From contig PCBI01000005.1 in NCBI GenBank assembly GCA_002730875.1, forward strand, positions 901,191-965,190: 64,000 bases of DNA, written 5' to 3'. Below are positions 18,495 through 28,494 of this stretch, piece by piece. The stretch is from Spirochaetaceae bacterium. Its GTDB lineage: Bacteria > Spirochaetota > Leptospiria > Leptospirales > Leptonemataceae. Within the stretch, counting starts at the first letter, position 1, and the number at the start of each line of letters is the position of its first letter. A program made the position numbers and the translations under genes. The notes below the pieces were generated by a model, which worked only from the letters and a program-made list of their open reading frames with translations, did no database searches and was not told the origin of the DNA.

Positions 18495-21265
18495 TAGATG
18501 TCTCCTACGGATGCTACCATATCAGTGTCGTCGTCCGATGCCGTTCCCGCGGCCGCCTCAAGCGCTGCACGAAGCGCCGGAAGGGAGGGTTCACCAGGAT
18601 TCGCATTCTCCAGCTCCTGGATAAGTTCCCTGGCGCGGCGGAAGTCACGGGAAATAAGATAAAGACGGACCAGATGGCGGAGGTTATCGCTTCTTTCCGG
18701 GGCCCGTAGCAGCAAACGCTCGCCCAGGTCAATGGCTTCTGTGATACGGTCTCCCTTGCGACAGGCCCTGGACGCAGAAAGCAGGAACTCGGTGTCTTCC
18801 GGGATCAGAGACACTCGCCGCATGGACAGAATGGCCGCCAGGGACCAATCCTCGGCCGCGATGGCTTCCTTAAGTTGGCCTGTAACCGTTCGGTAATCCG
18901 GAGCCTGTCCATCAAACCCAATGGACATCAGGGAAAGATCGTCAGTGATTTCTCCTGTGGCCTGAAGGATTTCGTAGATGCGGGAAAGGTCTCCCTGGCT
19001 CCTTTCGACTATGTCAAGAAATGGTTTTTCGCTGGTATTCATTTGCGGACCTGACTCCGTCTCCACGATGATGTCATCACGACCATCAGATCCCAGAATC
19101 AATAATTGCTCCGGAAGTAATCTGAAAACCTGAACGCGTAGTCTTCGCGCATCGGCCGGGGTACCCAGCTTCATCAATTGATCGCTGATATCCAGGAACC
19201 GGGCTTTTCCATCCTCATAGATGACCGGAGCCGGATGTTCGGCGCTGATACAGTAAACTACCCCTGTGGCTTCATCAATCAAACCCAGCACAAAGCTTAT
19301 GAGCATGCTGCCGTCGAAAGCGCGAAAGACCGAGTTCATTTCTTCAAAGGATGTTTTCAGCCATCGCTCCGGCGAATACCTCTGAAGCGCCGAGGCCGAC
19401 CGACTACGGTGCAGAATAGCCTTGAAAAGACTGCCCAGAACCAGTATTCCACCGCCCCCCTGAATGGATTTACCCATGGCATCGGCATTTAGAAAGACCG
19501 TGTAAGTCCTCTGTCCGAGCTGAAAGCGATCGGCCACGCAGTAATCACCGCCTATCTCGGATTTCCATTTTTTGAAGGCGAATTCCTTTTTCTGTTTTAA
19601 AAGAAACTCTACATGAACCAGCCCATTGGCCGTTTCATTGTGTACAAGGGGCGTAAGTAGCAGGGACGTAAGAAAATAATCCCCATCCTGCCTGGATTTG
19701 GCCTCATGCAGTGCATCATTGGTTTCGCTCAATTCCCTGGTTCTCGCTTCGACCATTTGTTCCAGGTTCTCCGCGTATTGTTGTAATCTCTGTCTTGCAT
19801 CCTGGACGCTACGTACCATGGAATTGAAGGATCGAGCCAGAAATCCGATCTCATCCTCAACCTGCACCGGTACATGAACGGTAAGGTCCCCTTCGTTTAC
19901 CTGTTTAACTCCGGAGAGCAGGGAATTCAGCGGTCGTATCAAGCTACTGGAAAAGAAAAACGGAAATAGCACCAGTAGCAAAAAGGTCAATAGCAGCACG
20001 AGTGCACTGTATTCCAGGACGCTGTCATGTACTTCCCGGCGAAAAACTTCATATGGGAAACCGAATTCAATCCAGCCCGTATTGGTAGGAGCGGAGTAGA
20101 AGACAATTCTCCTGTCTTCCGCGATTCGGTAATCCCTTTGAAGCTGACTTCTGGTTTTTCCCAGGATCTCCTCCCTGGCCCGGGTGAGGGCTTCCTCTTC
20201 GCTTACTTGCTTTTCCCCTATGATCTTTAGGGCCCGTTTCTCGATAAGATAGTCACTCCGGTTTATATCGCTGTCCTTCAGCGCTTCTGCGCTCCATTCC
20301 GACCCGGTAACTTCCAGATAGGTGTCGGGATACCGCCGGTCGGCGGGCAGTGACGCAAGATAAATAGCTCCTGGCGGAAGGGTGGGTACATCCCGGGTGA
20401 GCATGGACTGGATCGCGGCCCGGTTCTTCTGATCAAAGGAGTCTTCAATTCGCTGAATGCTTCTGGATCCCAGCAGGGAAGTGGCGACCAGCAGAGTCAC
20501 GAGAGAGATACCCACCAGTCGAACCATGATACTTGTATTCTCTCGGGAATGGTTGATGTAGACAATGAAGTAGAAGAAATACACAAACATGAGCCCCAGA
20601 TTGAAGATCTGATTAATCGTAAGGGCAGATACGAAATCCGTAACCGTGGAGATCATGTACAGAATATTGACGATTAATTCAGCCAGTGCGATCAACAGGA
20701 AGGAGCGTACGGCCACGATGTTTCTGTGAGATGGTCGAAACAAAGCCTGGAAAAAGCTTTGCGAGTTTGCTTTGCCGAGAGCTCGAATCTGCCGGAGAAA
20801 AATAATCATCACACCAAAGAACATGATCATGGTAACCAGAGGAACATACGGAGAGGCATAGAGCGATCCGTAGATATGGTTATCGAAAAAGAATCTGTAG
20901 GGCGTTTGCTCGGCAACGTACGAGTATTCCGCAATGGCAAACAGGGAGATTAGCAAAGAAAGGATGAGTACCACTTTGGATTCCCGGGGGAACCGGTTTG
21001 CCGGCATATGATACGCAAACTGTAGCTTAAAAACCAGAGCAAGTGTGATGCAGCAAGCAATATAGAAGCCATATCTCCCTTCCGGTACATCCAATGCAAA
21101 GGCAAGGAGATATCCAATATTGAAGAGCGAAAGGAATCCAAAGAAACCGCCCAGATAAAGCGCCGGCCGCGAATTTCGCACAAAGAGTAGCATATGTCCG
21201 GCCAGAAGGATTGTAAGGATTGTTGGCGTTAGCCGATCGAAGAAATTTGCATTTAATAGGATCAT
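18494..21265 (-). CDS. 7TMR-DISM 7-TM receptor / HAMP / PP2C (SpoIIE/RsbU-type) serine phosphatase with C-terminal TPR repeats
   Basis: Seven TM helices; HAMP-like linker; PP2C motifs 'NADAMGKSIQGGGG' (GDxxGKG-like, as in RsbU) and 'ILGSDGRDD'; TPR-like C-terminus. Confidence 0.85.
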   Translation of the reverse strand: MILLNANFFDRLTPTILTILLAGHMLLFVRNSRPALYLGGFFGFLSLFNIGYLLAFALDVPEGRYGFYIACCITLALVFKLQFAYHMPANRFPRESKVVLILSLLISLFAIAEYSYVAEQTPYRFFFDNHIYGSLYASPYVPLVTMIMFFGVMIIFLRQIRALGKANSQSFFQALFRPSHRNIVAVRSFLLIALAELIVNILYMISTVTDFVSALTINQIFNLGLMFVYFFYFIVYINHSRENTSIMVRLVGISLVTLLVATSLLGSRSIQRIEDSFDQKNRAAIQSMLTRDVPTLPPGAIYLASLPADRRYPDTYLEVTGSEWSAEALKDSDINRSDYLIEKRALKIIGEKQVSEEEALTRAREEILGKTRSQLQRDYRIAEDRRIVFYSAPTNTGWIEFGFPYEVFRREVHDSVLEYSALVLLLTFLLLVLFPFFFSSSLIRPLNSLLSGVKQVNEGDLTVHVPVQVEDEIGFLARSFNSMVRSVQDARQRLQQYAENLEQMVEARTRELSETNDALHEAKSRQDGDYFLTSLLLTPLVHNETANGLVHVEFLLKQKKEFAFKKWKSEIGGDYCVADRFQLGQRTYTVFLNADAMGKSIQGGGGILVLGSLFKAILHRSRSASALQRYSPERWLKTSFEEMNSVFRAFDGSMLISFVLGLIDEATGVVYCISAEHPAPVIYEDGKARFLDISDQLMKLGTPADARRLRVQVFRLLPEQLLILGSDGRDDIIVETESGPQMNTSEKPFLDIVERSQGDLSRIYEILQATGEITDDLSLMSIGFDGQAPDYRTVTGQLKEAIAAEDWSLAAILSMRRVSLIPEDTEFLLSASRACRKGDRITEAIDLGERLLLRAPERSDNLRHLVRLYLISRDFRRARELIQELENANPGEPSLPALRAALEAAAGTASDDDTDMVASVGDI

Positions 21266-21324
21266 GGCGTCTAAAGTGGAATGAATTCTCCTCGGAATTT
21301 GTTTTGAATCAATCCTTTTTCGGA

Positions 21325-21341
21325 TGCAGAAAACGTGCCAG
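21325..21341 (-). promoter_or_regulatory. Sigma-54 promoter candidate upstream of the 7TMR-DISM PP2C / bEBP operon
   Basis: Minus-strand CTGGCACGTTTTCTGCA = TGGCACG-N4-CTGCA (-24 GG and -12 GC, correct spacing); about 60 nt upstream of the ATG at 21265. Confidence 0.5.
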
Positions 21342-21626
21342 GAATCAGAACGGCAGCCAGGACTCCTGCTTTGAATTCAGCCCCGGGAGCATTTAGCAGG
21401 AATACCGGGCAAGGCTTTCCGCTAAATCGATTGGCCAATGGATGGATTCTTCAGAAGCAATTCTGCATACGGGCGCGGGCAAAAAGCTATCCTGAATACC
21501 GCCGCGGGAAAAAAGCCAGAAATTACAAAGTGGCTTAATGAGTAGTTAGTGGGCTACCCGTGCCTGTGACACTTGCTAACTTGACTGCTCTTCAGGAGTA
21601 GCAAAGAATGCGTCGAATCCCCGGAA

Positions 21627-22415
21627 CTACATAGCCAGAACAATGGCAACGTTGGCCGCCGAATGAACCAGAAATGTCCAGAGGAGTGAATCGGTCTGAA
21701 TACGAAGGGCCGAAAGCGTAATCCCACATAGCGTATAGTAAAGAGCCAATTCTGGATCCAGGGTTGTGGGAACGTGGGCTGCCGTGAATATTGCCGCCGA
21801 AACAAAATGACCAATCCAGTGCGGGGCCCGACCTATACGCGAAGGAAGCCAGTGCCTGAAAGCAATCTCTTCGAAGAGCGGAGCGATTCCTATACCAATC
21901 AGCCAAATTGTAAGATGGAACCCATCCATACGGCCGGAACTTACCGGTACATCCTGGTTGATGCTGGCCAGAAGCATGGTCAGGGCCGTGAAGGCCAGAA
22001 TCGAATGAAGCAAACTGGAAGGGCGTGTATCCAGGCGGAAGAAGAGCTTTCGCTCCAGGTTGCTTAGAAGATAGAGCGAGAATGGGGCCAGCGCGGCCAG
22101 AAGAAGGGGCTGAAACACATAGAACCGGAGTAGCTCCTTGTTAGGATAGAGCGTCGTATGAACAATCAACAGAACGCACCATGCCAGCATACCGGCAATT
22201 CCCAGATAGGCCGGAAGTCTGGCGGCTGGCCCGGAAAGAAGACTCCGCAATTCCAGGGCCGTGGCGCGCCTGGTCGCGTCGGATTCCCGGCCCAGTTTAT
22301 CATAGTGGTCGTTTAGGCTGGTTCTTTCTTCACTGGTCAGTAGACGCCGAAGCTCGACGTTGTTACGCACCATCCGCCAAAGAAGCGCTGCTCTGTATCT
22401 GTCCCTTTTTGCCAT
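21627..22415 (-). CDS. CPBP family intramembrane metalloprotease (CAAX protease / Abi family)
   Basis: 'EEIAFRHWL' (EExxxR), 'FxxxH' and 'HSAANVA' motifs; probable start MAKRD at 22415, to avoid overlap with divergent asd. Confidence 0.7.
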   Translation of the reverse strand: MAKRDRYRAALLWRMVRNNVELRRLLTSEERTSLNDHYDKLGRESDATRRATALELRSLLSGPAARLPAYLGIAGMLAWCVLLIVHTTLYPNKELLRFYVFQPLLLAALAPFSLYLLSNLERKLFFRLDTRPSSLLHSILAFTALTMLLASINQDVPVSSGRMDGFHLTIWLIGIGIAPLFEEIAFRHWLPSRIGRAPHWIGHFVSAAIFTAAHVPTTLDPELALYYTLCGITLSALRIQTDSLLWTFLVHSAANVAIVLAM

Positions 22416-22459
22416 TGCCACTGCAGGGCTTCTCTCAAACCTGGTAATCGGAGGAACCC

Positions 22460-23464
22460 ATGAAAGCCAGAAAGTTAGCCATAGTAGGGGCCACCGGAGC
22501 GGTGGGCCAGGAGATGCTAAAGGTGCTGGAAAAGCGCAATTTCCCCTACGATGAACTCGTGTTACTTGCATCGGCAAGATCTGCAGGAAAGAAGATTACC
22601 TTTCGCGGCACGGAACACACGATTCAGGAGCTAACCGAAGATTCCTTTCATGGGATCGATCTGGCCCTTTTCAGCGCCGGCGGATCCATCACAAAGAAAT
22701 TCGCGCCCGTTGCCGTATCTGCGGGTACAGTGGTCGTGGATAATTCCAGCGCTTACAGACTGGATCCCGATGTTCCTTTGATCGTTCCGGAAATCAATCC
22801 CCAGGATGCGAAAAGCCACAAGGGAATTCTGGCCAACCCAAACTGTTCTACGATTATCATGCTAATGGCGGTGTATCCCATCTACAAGCTCTATGGCATT
22901 CGTCGACTGGTAGTGTCTACTTATCAGGCGGCCTCCGGAGCCGGGGCCGCAGCCATGGAAGAGCTGGAAGAGCAGGCCAGGGCGATGCTGGCCGGAAATC
23001 AACCGCCCACGGAATCGTTTCCCTTTCCTCTCGCATTTAATGTCTTCAGTCATAATTCCGCTCTTTATCCAGAGAACGGATTTAACCAGGAAGAAGTGAA
23101 AATGGTAAAGGAAAGCCATAAGATCCTGGGAAACAGCAATTTGCGAATCAGTCCTACCTGCATTCGAGTAGGTACGTTTCGCGCCCATGCGGAATCCATT
23201 CATGTGGAACTGGAAAAGGAAGGCGATCTGGACGAGATTCGCAATGCGCTGGCAGACTTTCCGGGAGTGCAACTAAAAGAGGACATGGAAAAGAACCATT
23301 TCCCCATGCCGCTGGAAGTATCCGGCCAGGACGACGTCTACGTCGGTCGCATTCGCTGGGATCTGGACGATCCAGAACATAAGAATCTGCAATTATTCTG
23401 CGTAGGTGATCAGCTGCTGAAAGGCGCGGCCCTGAATGCAGTGCAGATTGCCGAGATCCTTTAG
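22460..23464 (+). CDS. asd: Aspartate-semialdehyde dehydrogenase
   Basis: 'LAIVGATGAVGQEML' NAD(P)-binding; 'NPNCSTI' active-site Cys; 334 aa. Confidence 0.9.
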   Translation: MKARKLAIVGATGAVGQEMLKVLEKRNFPYDELVLLASARSAGKKITFRGTEHTIQELTEDSFHGIDLALFSAGGSITKKFAPVAVSAGTVVVDNSSAYRLDPDVPLIVPEINPQDAKSHKGILANPNCSTIIMLMAVYPIYKLYGIRRLVVSTYQAASGAGAAAMEELEEQARAMLAGNQPPTESFPFPLAFNVFSHNSALYPENGFNQEEVKMVKESHKILGNSNLRISPTCIRVGTFRAHAESIHVELEKEGDLDEIRNALADFPGVQLKEDMEKNHFPMPLEVSGQDDVYVGRIRWDLDDPEHKNLQLFCVGDQLLKGAALNAVQIAEIL

Positions 23465-23585
23465 CTTTCGGCAAGCGGGCGGCGGGCCCTGTGATGGATG
23501 TACGGGATGAGCCTCTTTTCCGGGCCCCGTTGCCGGGAGCCGAACCGGGCCGCACTTTCTCCTTTCCCGGCGCTCCATTTCCGAA

Positions 23586-23879
23586 ATGAAGTGTTACGGC
23601 CCCGGAAAGGATCCAACTTTGCGCGAGGAAACAATTACCATGGATGAACGAGAGCAAGTTCTGCGAGACATTCTTCAAATATTCAAGTCGAACGGGGTCA
23701 AAGCGGGCGACGTTATGGACAAAAAGCAGATGATGGATGAAATCAAATCCTGGCCACAGGAGCGCAAGCTCATGGTTCGGGATGCATGGCATATGCTCGT
23801 CGGTAATGGCCTCATCCAGGAAGGGGATCCGGCGGGTCCCAGACTAACGCCGCGTGGCGAGCAGTTCATGAATTCGTAA
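23586..23879 (+). CDS. Small hypothetical protein
   Basis: 97-aa ORF in a 590-nt gap between asd and the DJ-1 gene; no motif; start uncertain (an internal MDEREQ is also possible). Confidence 0.3.
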   Translation: MKCYGPGKDPTLREETITMDEREQVLRDILQIFKSNGVKAGDVMDKKQMMDEIKSWPQERKLMVRDAWHMLVGNGLIQEGDPAGPRLTPRGEQFMNS

Positions 23880-24103
23880 TGGGCCCGTAGGTCGCCACGA
23901 AGTATTCGATCATACAGATTCCTTTTCTAGTGGAGGCGGACTTCTTTGGCCGTTGTATCGCTACTGAGGCTCGTTTTCTTTGGGCTGCTCGGGCCGATTC
24001 CCGCCTGCCCTGGCTGGCCCCATCCATCTGGCGCCATGAGAAGTGACCATGAGGGATGGTCCGATTTGTTGACATCTGGAGCGAAAGTTTGCATCCTGAG
24101 GTC

Positions 24104-24664
24104 ATGAAAGTACTGGTACCACTGGCCGACGGCTTTGAAGAAATGGAAGGAATCATCATTATCGATGTTCTACGTCGCGCTGGACTGGAAGTGCGAACTG
24201 CATCCCTGAAGCCGGGGGAGGTTCTGGCATCCCGCAAAACGCGGCACCTGGCAGATACTACAGTGGATGCTGTGCGCAAGGAAACGTTTGATGCTGTGGT
24301 GCTTCCAGGCGGCGCCGAGGGAGCGCGAAACCTGGCGGCCAATGGGGATCTTGCCAATATCCTGAAGGACATGCAGGAGCGCGGTAAGGTTATTGGAGCC
24401 ATCTGTGCCGCTCCCAACGTTCTACTACAACATGGCATTCTCGGAGATAAAGACCGCTTCACTTTGCATCCGGGAACCAGGCCGGACAGCTACCCCGGCC
24501 ATTACGATGCCGACGCACGTGTGGTGCGTTCAGGACAGGTTTTTACTAGCAAGGGGCCAGGCACGGCTTTTGAATTTGCGCTAGCTATAGTAGAAGAGCT
24601 CTGCGGCAAAGAAACTCGCGAGAAGGTGGCGGCACCCATGTTTGTAGCGGAGCCGGCGGTGTAG
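24104..24664 (+). CDS. DJ-1/PfpI family protein (ThiJ/YajL-like)
   Basis: 'MKVLVPLADGFEEMEG', 'AICAAP' nucleophile elbow Cys, 'VVLPGG'. Confidence 0.8.
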   Translation: MKVLVPLADGFEEMEGIIIIDVLRRAGLEVRTASLKPGEVLASRKTRHLADTTVDAVRKETFDAVVLPGGAEGARNLAANGDLANILKDMQERGKVIGAICAAPNVLLQHGILGDKDRFTLHPGTRPDSYPGHYDADARVVRSGQVFTSKGPGTAFEFALAIVEELCGKETREKVAAPMFVAEPAV

Positions 24665-24790
24665 CAGGGATCGGACCATGGCGACTCAATCGGAATTTGA
24701 GTTTCATCGGTATTGTAACCGAGGCTTAGATCGCAGAGATGAAAAGCAAGGCTGCCCATAGGCAGCCTTTTTCCATTGGATCCGTCCGGA

Positions 24791-24991
24791 TCAGTCCCCT
24801 TTCGTAGAAAGCTTTAGCGGAAGATAAAGCGGACAGAATCCCACCAGGCTGGTGAGCACAAACACACCGCCCAGCACCAGAAGTACAATTCCCAGAGTTC
24901 CGGTGATTATACCCTGCCAATACAGAACGCCAATTACTACAGCCACAGCTACTCGGAGAACCCGGTCTACAACACCCATATTCAGTTTCAT
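24791..24991 (-). CDS. DUF2892 (YgaP-like) small inner-membrane protein
   Basis: Two TM helices and a 'GFCPLY' motif. Confidence 0.6.
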   Translation of the reverse strand: MKLNMGVVDRVLRVAVAVVIGVLYWQGIITGTLGIVLLVLGGVFVLTSLVGFCPLYLPLKLSTKGD

Positions 24992-25054
24992 ATCATGCTC
25001 CTCATATTGAGAGATACTTATTTATCGACACTTATCTGGATCCATCGCTCCGTG

Positions 25055-25147
25055 TTATTGAATGGCAACTTCTACGATCAGAACAATTGCCGCAACGAGT
25101 GCGATACATGAGATGCAGGCGATAAGCAGTTTTTTGCCTTTGCTCAT
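25055..25147 (-). CDS. 30-aa single-TM peptide (MSKGKKLLIACISCIALVAAIVLIVEVAIQ)
   Basis: Below the ORF-track cutoff; GGAG 9 nt upstream of the ATG; immediately upstream of DUF2892 on the same strand. Confidence 0.3.
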   Translation of the reverse strand: MSKGKKLLIACISCIALVAAIVLIVEVAIQ

Positions 25148-25340
25148 TTTGACGGCTCCAGACAACGCATCTTACCTTTCATATTCGACGAAATAAAGCT
25201 CAGAGTTTCAGTTGCGGATGCAAATCACTCATCAGAAGTTGATAAGGATTCGCAACATCAAGTCCGGAGACTCCGAAAGTACAATCTGGACCGAGCATGG
25301 GAGAAGAAACCGCCCTTTAGATGCGTCGGTCCCGTTGGGA

Positions 25341-26111
25341 CTAAATCTTTCTGACATCCAGAAAGCTTCCCGAAGCGCTGGCGGCGATTTGATCCCACTT
25401 ATTTAAGATCCTGCTGGCAGCCTCCAATGGCTGCGGCATATTTTCGGTCCCTCGGGCCTGTTGCAGTCTCTTGAGGGCCGGAAAGGTATCCGTGTCTTCC
25501 AATCCGGAGATGGTTTCCTGCATATCGGTATCGATCAAGCCGGGGGCCAGAGAAATGAAATGCACATCCGGCAATTCTTCCGAGTAAAGCTTAATAAGCA
25601 TGTTTAGCGCGGCTTTGCTTATGCTGTACCCTGCCCAGCCCCGGTGGCCGTTAACAGAAGCTCCCGAGGATATACCAACAATGTGCTCGGAGAAAAAGGG
25701 ACAATCTGGCGAATTCAGTGAGTCTATTAGCAGCTTGTTCGCCCACAGGTTGACGTCGGTGATTTTCTGTAATTCGGACAGACGCGTGTTCTGAAGATCG
25801 TCTATCCGACCCAGAATGCCGGCGTTCAGCCATGTGCGGTGGATGGTAATTTTGCCGTCTTTGTTTCTTTTCAGCGGCGCGGAGTTAGGACCGCTCAGTC
25901 TTTCGCGAAGTAGTTGATAGTATTGCCTTAGCCTGGCCGGGAGTTCCGCCAGATTGGCCAGATCGCATTCCTGGTGAAAATATAGATCGGGGAATTCATG
26001 ATTAAGCGGCGAAGGTCTTCTGCTCATACCCGCAACAAAATGGCCTTTCTGGAGCAGATACTTTGCCAGGCCGTAGCCCAGGCCGGAACTGGTTCCTGTA
26101 ATGAATTCCAT
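25341..26111 (-). CDS. Short-chain dehydrogenase/reductase (SDR) family oxidoreductase
   Basis: 'ITGTSSGLGYG' (TGxxxGxG); 'YSISKAALN' (YxxxK). Confidence 0.8.
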   Translation of the reverse strand: MEFITGTSSGLGYGLAKYLLQKGHFVAGMSRRPSPLNHEFPDLYFHQECDLANLAELPARLRQYYQLLRERLSGPNSAPLKRNKDGKITIHRTWLNAGILGRIDDLQNTRLSELQKITDVNLWANKLLIDSLNSPDCPFFSEHIVGISSGASVNGHRGWAGYSISKAALNMLIKLYSEELPDVHFISLAPGLIDTDMQETISGLEDTDTFPALKRLQQARGTENMPQPLEAASRILNKWDQIAASASGSFLDVRKI

Positions 26112-26340
26112 AGACTTTTTCTGAATTCACGGGGCTAAAGTGCAATCGGCTTTTGAACAGACGGTTCGATGCCCGGTTCTGGCGCGATTGAAAAGATACG
26201 GTCAGTCATTATCCGGGATATAGAAGTAAGCCTCCCTTCTCCCGGATGCCCTTTGCATCCGCCCGGGCCTGGCTGCCGGAAGTCACAAGAGCGCGGCTCC
26301 AGGAGGGTAGCGCTCCATTTCTAGCTTTCCTTTTTCGGGG

Positions 26341-26865
26341 TTACGCTTCGGACTGCTTATCCGCAAGCTTTCGGGACTTCAATGTACTTCTTTGTGAGCT
26401 ACGGCAGCAATTGTTCTGCATCTCTTCCAGTTGGCCGCCTTTTCCATTGAGCTTTCCGCGCACAATGATGGATGTTTCCAGAACCTCGGCGCCTTCCAGC
26501 GGAGAGCCTTCCAGAACCGGGGCTTCAATCATATGGGCCGGTAGATCGTAGATTCCGCCCGAATCCACATCCACGAAATGATGGTGCTTGTCCGTGTTAG
26601 AATCGTAATAGATTCGATCTGCGGAAAAGATGAGCTCGCGCACCACTTCTTTCTCGACAAAAAGGCGTAGAGTGTTGTACACTGTCGCCTGGCTGCACTT
26701 CTCGTACTCGGAATTCATCCGCTGGCGGATTTCTTCCGCGGACAGATGCTGCGGTTTTTCGAACAATAAATGAGCAATCTCAATCCGCTGCGTAGTGGGA
26801 TTGATGTCGCGATCCCGCAACAGATCGGCGATTTCTCTTTTATTCAGACCATATTTGCCGTTCAT
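26341..26865 (-). CDS. Fur family transcriptional regulator (Fur/PerR-like, atypical C-terminus)
   Basis: 'QRIEIAHLLFEKPQHLSAEEIRQRMN...ATVYNTLRLFVEKEVVREL' winged-helix region; 'HHHF'; lacks the usual CxxC pairs. Confidence 0.65.
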   Translation of the reverse strand: MNGKYGLNKREIADLLRDRDINPTTQRIEIAHLLFEKPQHLSAEEIRQRMNSEYEKCSQATVYNTLRLFVEKEVVRELIFSADRIYYDSNTDKHHHFVDVDSGGIYDLPAHMIEAPVLEGSPLEGAEVLETSIIVRGKLNGKGGQLEEMQNNCCRSSQRSTLKSRKLADKQSEA

Positions 26866-27049
26866 AATGACTGAAACCCTGTAACCCCGAGGGGTAATAA
26901 CCTTTCTAAATATAGAATTACTATCGGAAAGGAAGCCCTGTGACCAGTAGATGACAAGGATTTTTCCTGCCAGAAGTGTCCAGGGCTACCTTGGAACCCT
27001 GGTCAGAATGGTTTCCTGTCCAAAGCGTGGGTGGTCTTGACAGGCCCTT

Positions 27050-28483
27050 TTGCATTCCGTTTCTGGCTCTATGCTGTTTAACTCAGCAATCTTTGTTCTA
27101 CTATTTTTGATTGTGTATTCTATGTACTGGTTCCTGCCAGTGCGGGGTAAGCATTATCTGATCATTGTAGCCAGTCTGCTGTTCTACTCCTGGTATAGCG
27201 TTCCGTTCTTACTTCTATTTCTGGCTCTCATCGTCTGGAACTACTATGTATCCCTTACTCTTCTGAATCGAAAGCTACGCTGGCTTCTGGCGCTCACGGT
27301 AATTCTGGACCTTTCGGTGCTGGGATTCTTCAAATACTTTTATCTGCTGGCCCACACAGTTGGTTATGCTCTCGGGATTCCGTATATTCAGGAGCTCCGC
27401 GCTAATTGGGAGCAGGACTATGATGTTGTCATCATATTGCCCATAGCCATCAGTTTTTATACGTTTCAGATTATCGCCTACGTGGTGGATACCTATCGCG
27501 GCGTAATCAATGAGCCACTGGCTCCAAGACGCTTTTTTGTTTTTATCCTTTTCTTTCCGCAATTTGTGGCGGGCCCCATTCTTCGTTCCCAGGACTTCAT
27601 TCCCCAGATCGACACTCCCAATATTGATCCGGAGCGCATGATGCGCGGATTGATGCTGCTGATACAGGGCACAATCAAGAAGGTTCTCATCGCAGACAAC
27701 CTGGGGAAGTTTACGGGTCCGGTCTGGATGAACCCGGAAGGCTACGACGCTTTGGTTCTGTACACGTTGCCCTTTTCGTTCATGGCCAGGATCTATTGCG
27801 ATTTTTCCGGATATACCGACATGGCCCGGGGTATGGCGAAGCTCATGGGCTACGAAATCCCGGAAAACTTCAGCGGACCCTTTCTGTCCACGTCCATGTC
27901 CGAACTCTGGACCCGTTGGCACATTACCCTCTCCACCTGGTTGCGCGACTATATCTATATTCCTCTAGGGGGATCCAAACTAGGCGAATTTCGCACAGTG
28001 ATGAATCTACTGATTACCATGGGGCTGGGCGGCCTATGGCATGGAGCCACCTGGAATATGTTATTCTGGGGAGTTTACATTGGCTTTTTCCTTGTTGCGG
28101 AAAGAGAGATGCGCGTTGCTGGAATTCGTTTGCTTCCGGAAGGAGCGATCGGCAATACCTTTCGCAGGCTCTATGTAGTGTTTGTCTTTGGTATGAGCGC
28201 TCTGTTTTTTGCTTCGCCGGACCTGGAAAGCACCGGAGCCATCCTTTCGGGCATGTTCAGTTTTCAGCGCGGGGAACCCGTAACTGGCTTTGAAACAGTC
28301 TTCTTTCTGATCATTCTGTCGTTCGTATTCAACTATCTGCAGTACCGACCGAGGCTGCATGACAAATTACTGGAGCGTCCCAGGCTGCAGTATGCTCTGA
28401 CCATTGCAGGCACTTTTATCACCGGTTTTCTCGTCTATCTCTACGGAGACGCGTCCGGCAGCTTTATATACTTTGCCTTCTAG
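27050..28483 (+). CDS. MBOAT family membrane-bound O-acyltransferase (AlgI/DltB-like)
   Basis: Polytopic; 'WHITLSTWLRDYIYIPLGGSK' with conserved His and 'LWHGATWN'. Confidence 0.8.
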   Translation: MHSVSGSMLFNSAIFVLLFLIVYSMYWFLPVRGKHYLIIVASLLFYSWYSVPFLLLFLALIVWNYYVSLTLLNRKLRWLLALTVILDLSVLGFFKYFYLLAHTVGYALGIPYIQELRANWEQDYDVVIILPIAISFYTFQIIAYVVDTYRGVINEPLAPRRFFVFILFFPQFVAGPILRSQDFIPQIDTPNIDPERMMRGLMLLIQGTIKKVLIADNLGKFTGPVWMNPEGYDALVLYTLPFSFMARIYCDFSGYTDMARGMAKLMGYEIPENFSGPFLSTSMSELWTRWHITLSTWLRDYIYIPLGGSKLGEFRTVMNLLITMGLGGLWHGATWNMLFWGVYIGFFLVAEREMRVAGIRLLPEGAIGNTFRRLYVVFVFGMSALFFASPDLESTGAILSGMFSFQRGEPVTGFETVFFLIILSFVFNYLQYRPRLHDKLLERPRLQYALTIAGTFITGFLVYLYGDASGSFIYFAF

Positions 28484-28494
28484 TTTACGCTGCG

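Noticed and set aside
23154-24462. Minus-strand ORFs 23154..23792 and 23866..24462
   Set aside because: Pro/Arg/Ala-rich translations with no motifs, antisense to or overlapping asd and the DJ-1 gene; likely GC-driven open frames.
26866-27049. Fur box in the Fur / MBOAT divergent intergenic region
   Set aside because: Only a weak partial match (TAGAATTACTATC) to the GATAATGATAATCATTATC consensus; mentioned in the findings but not annotated as a feature.
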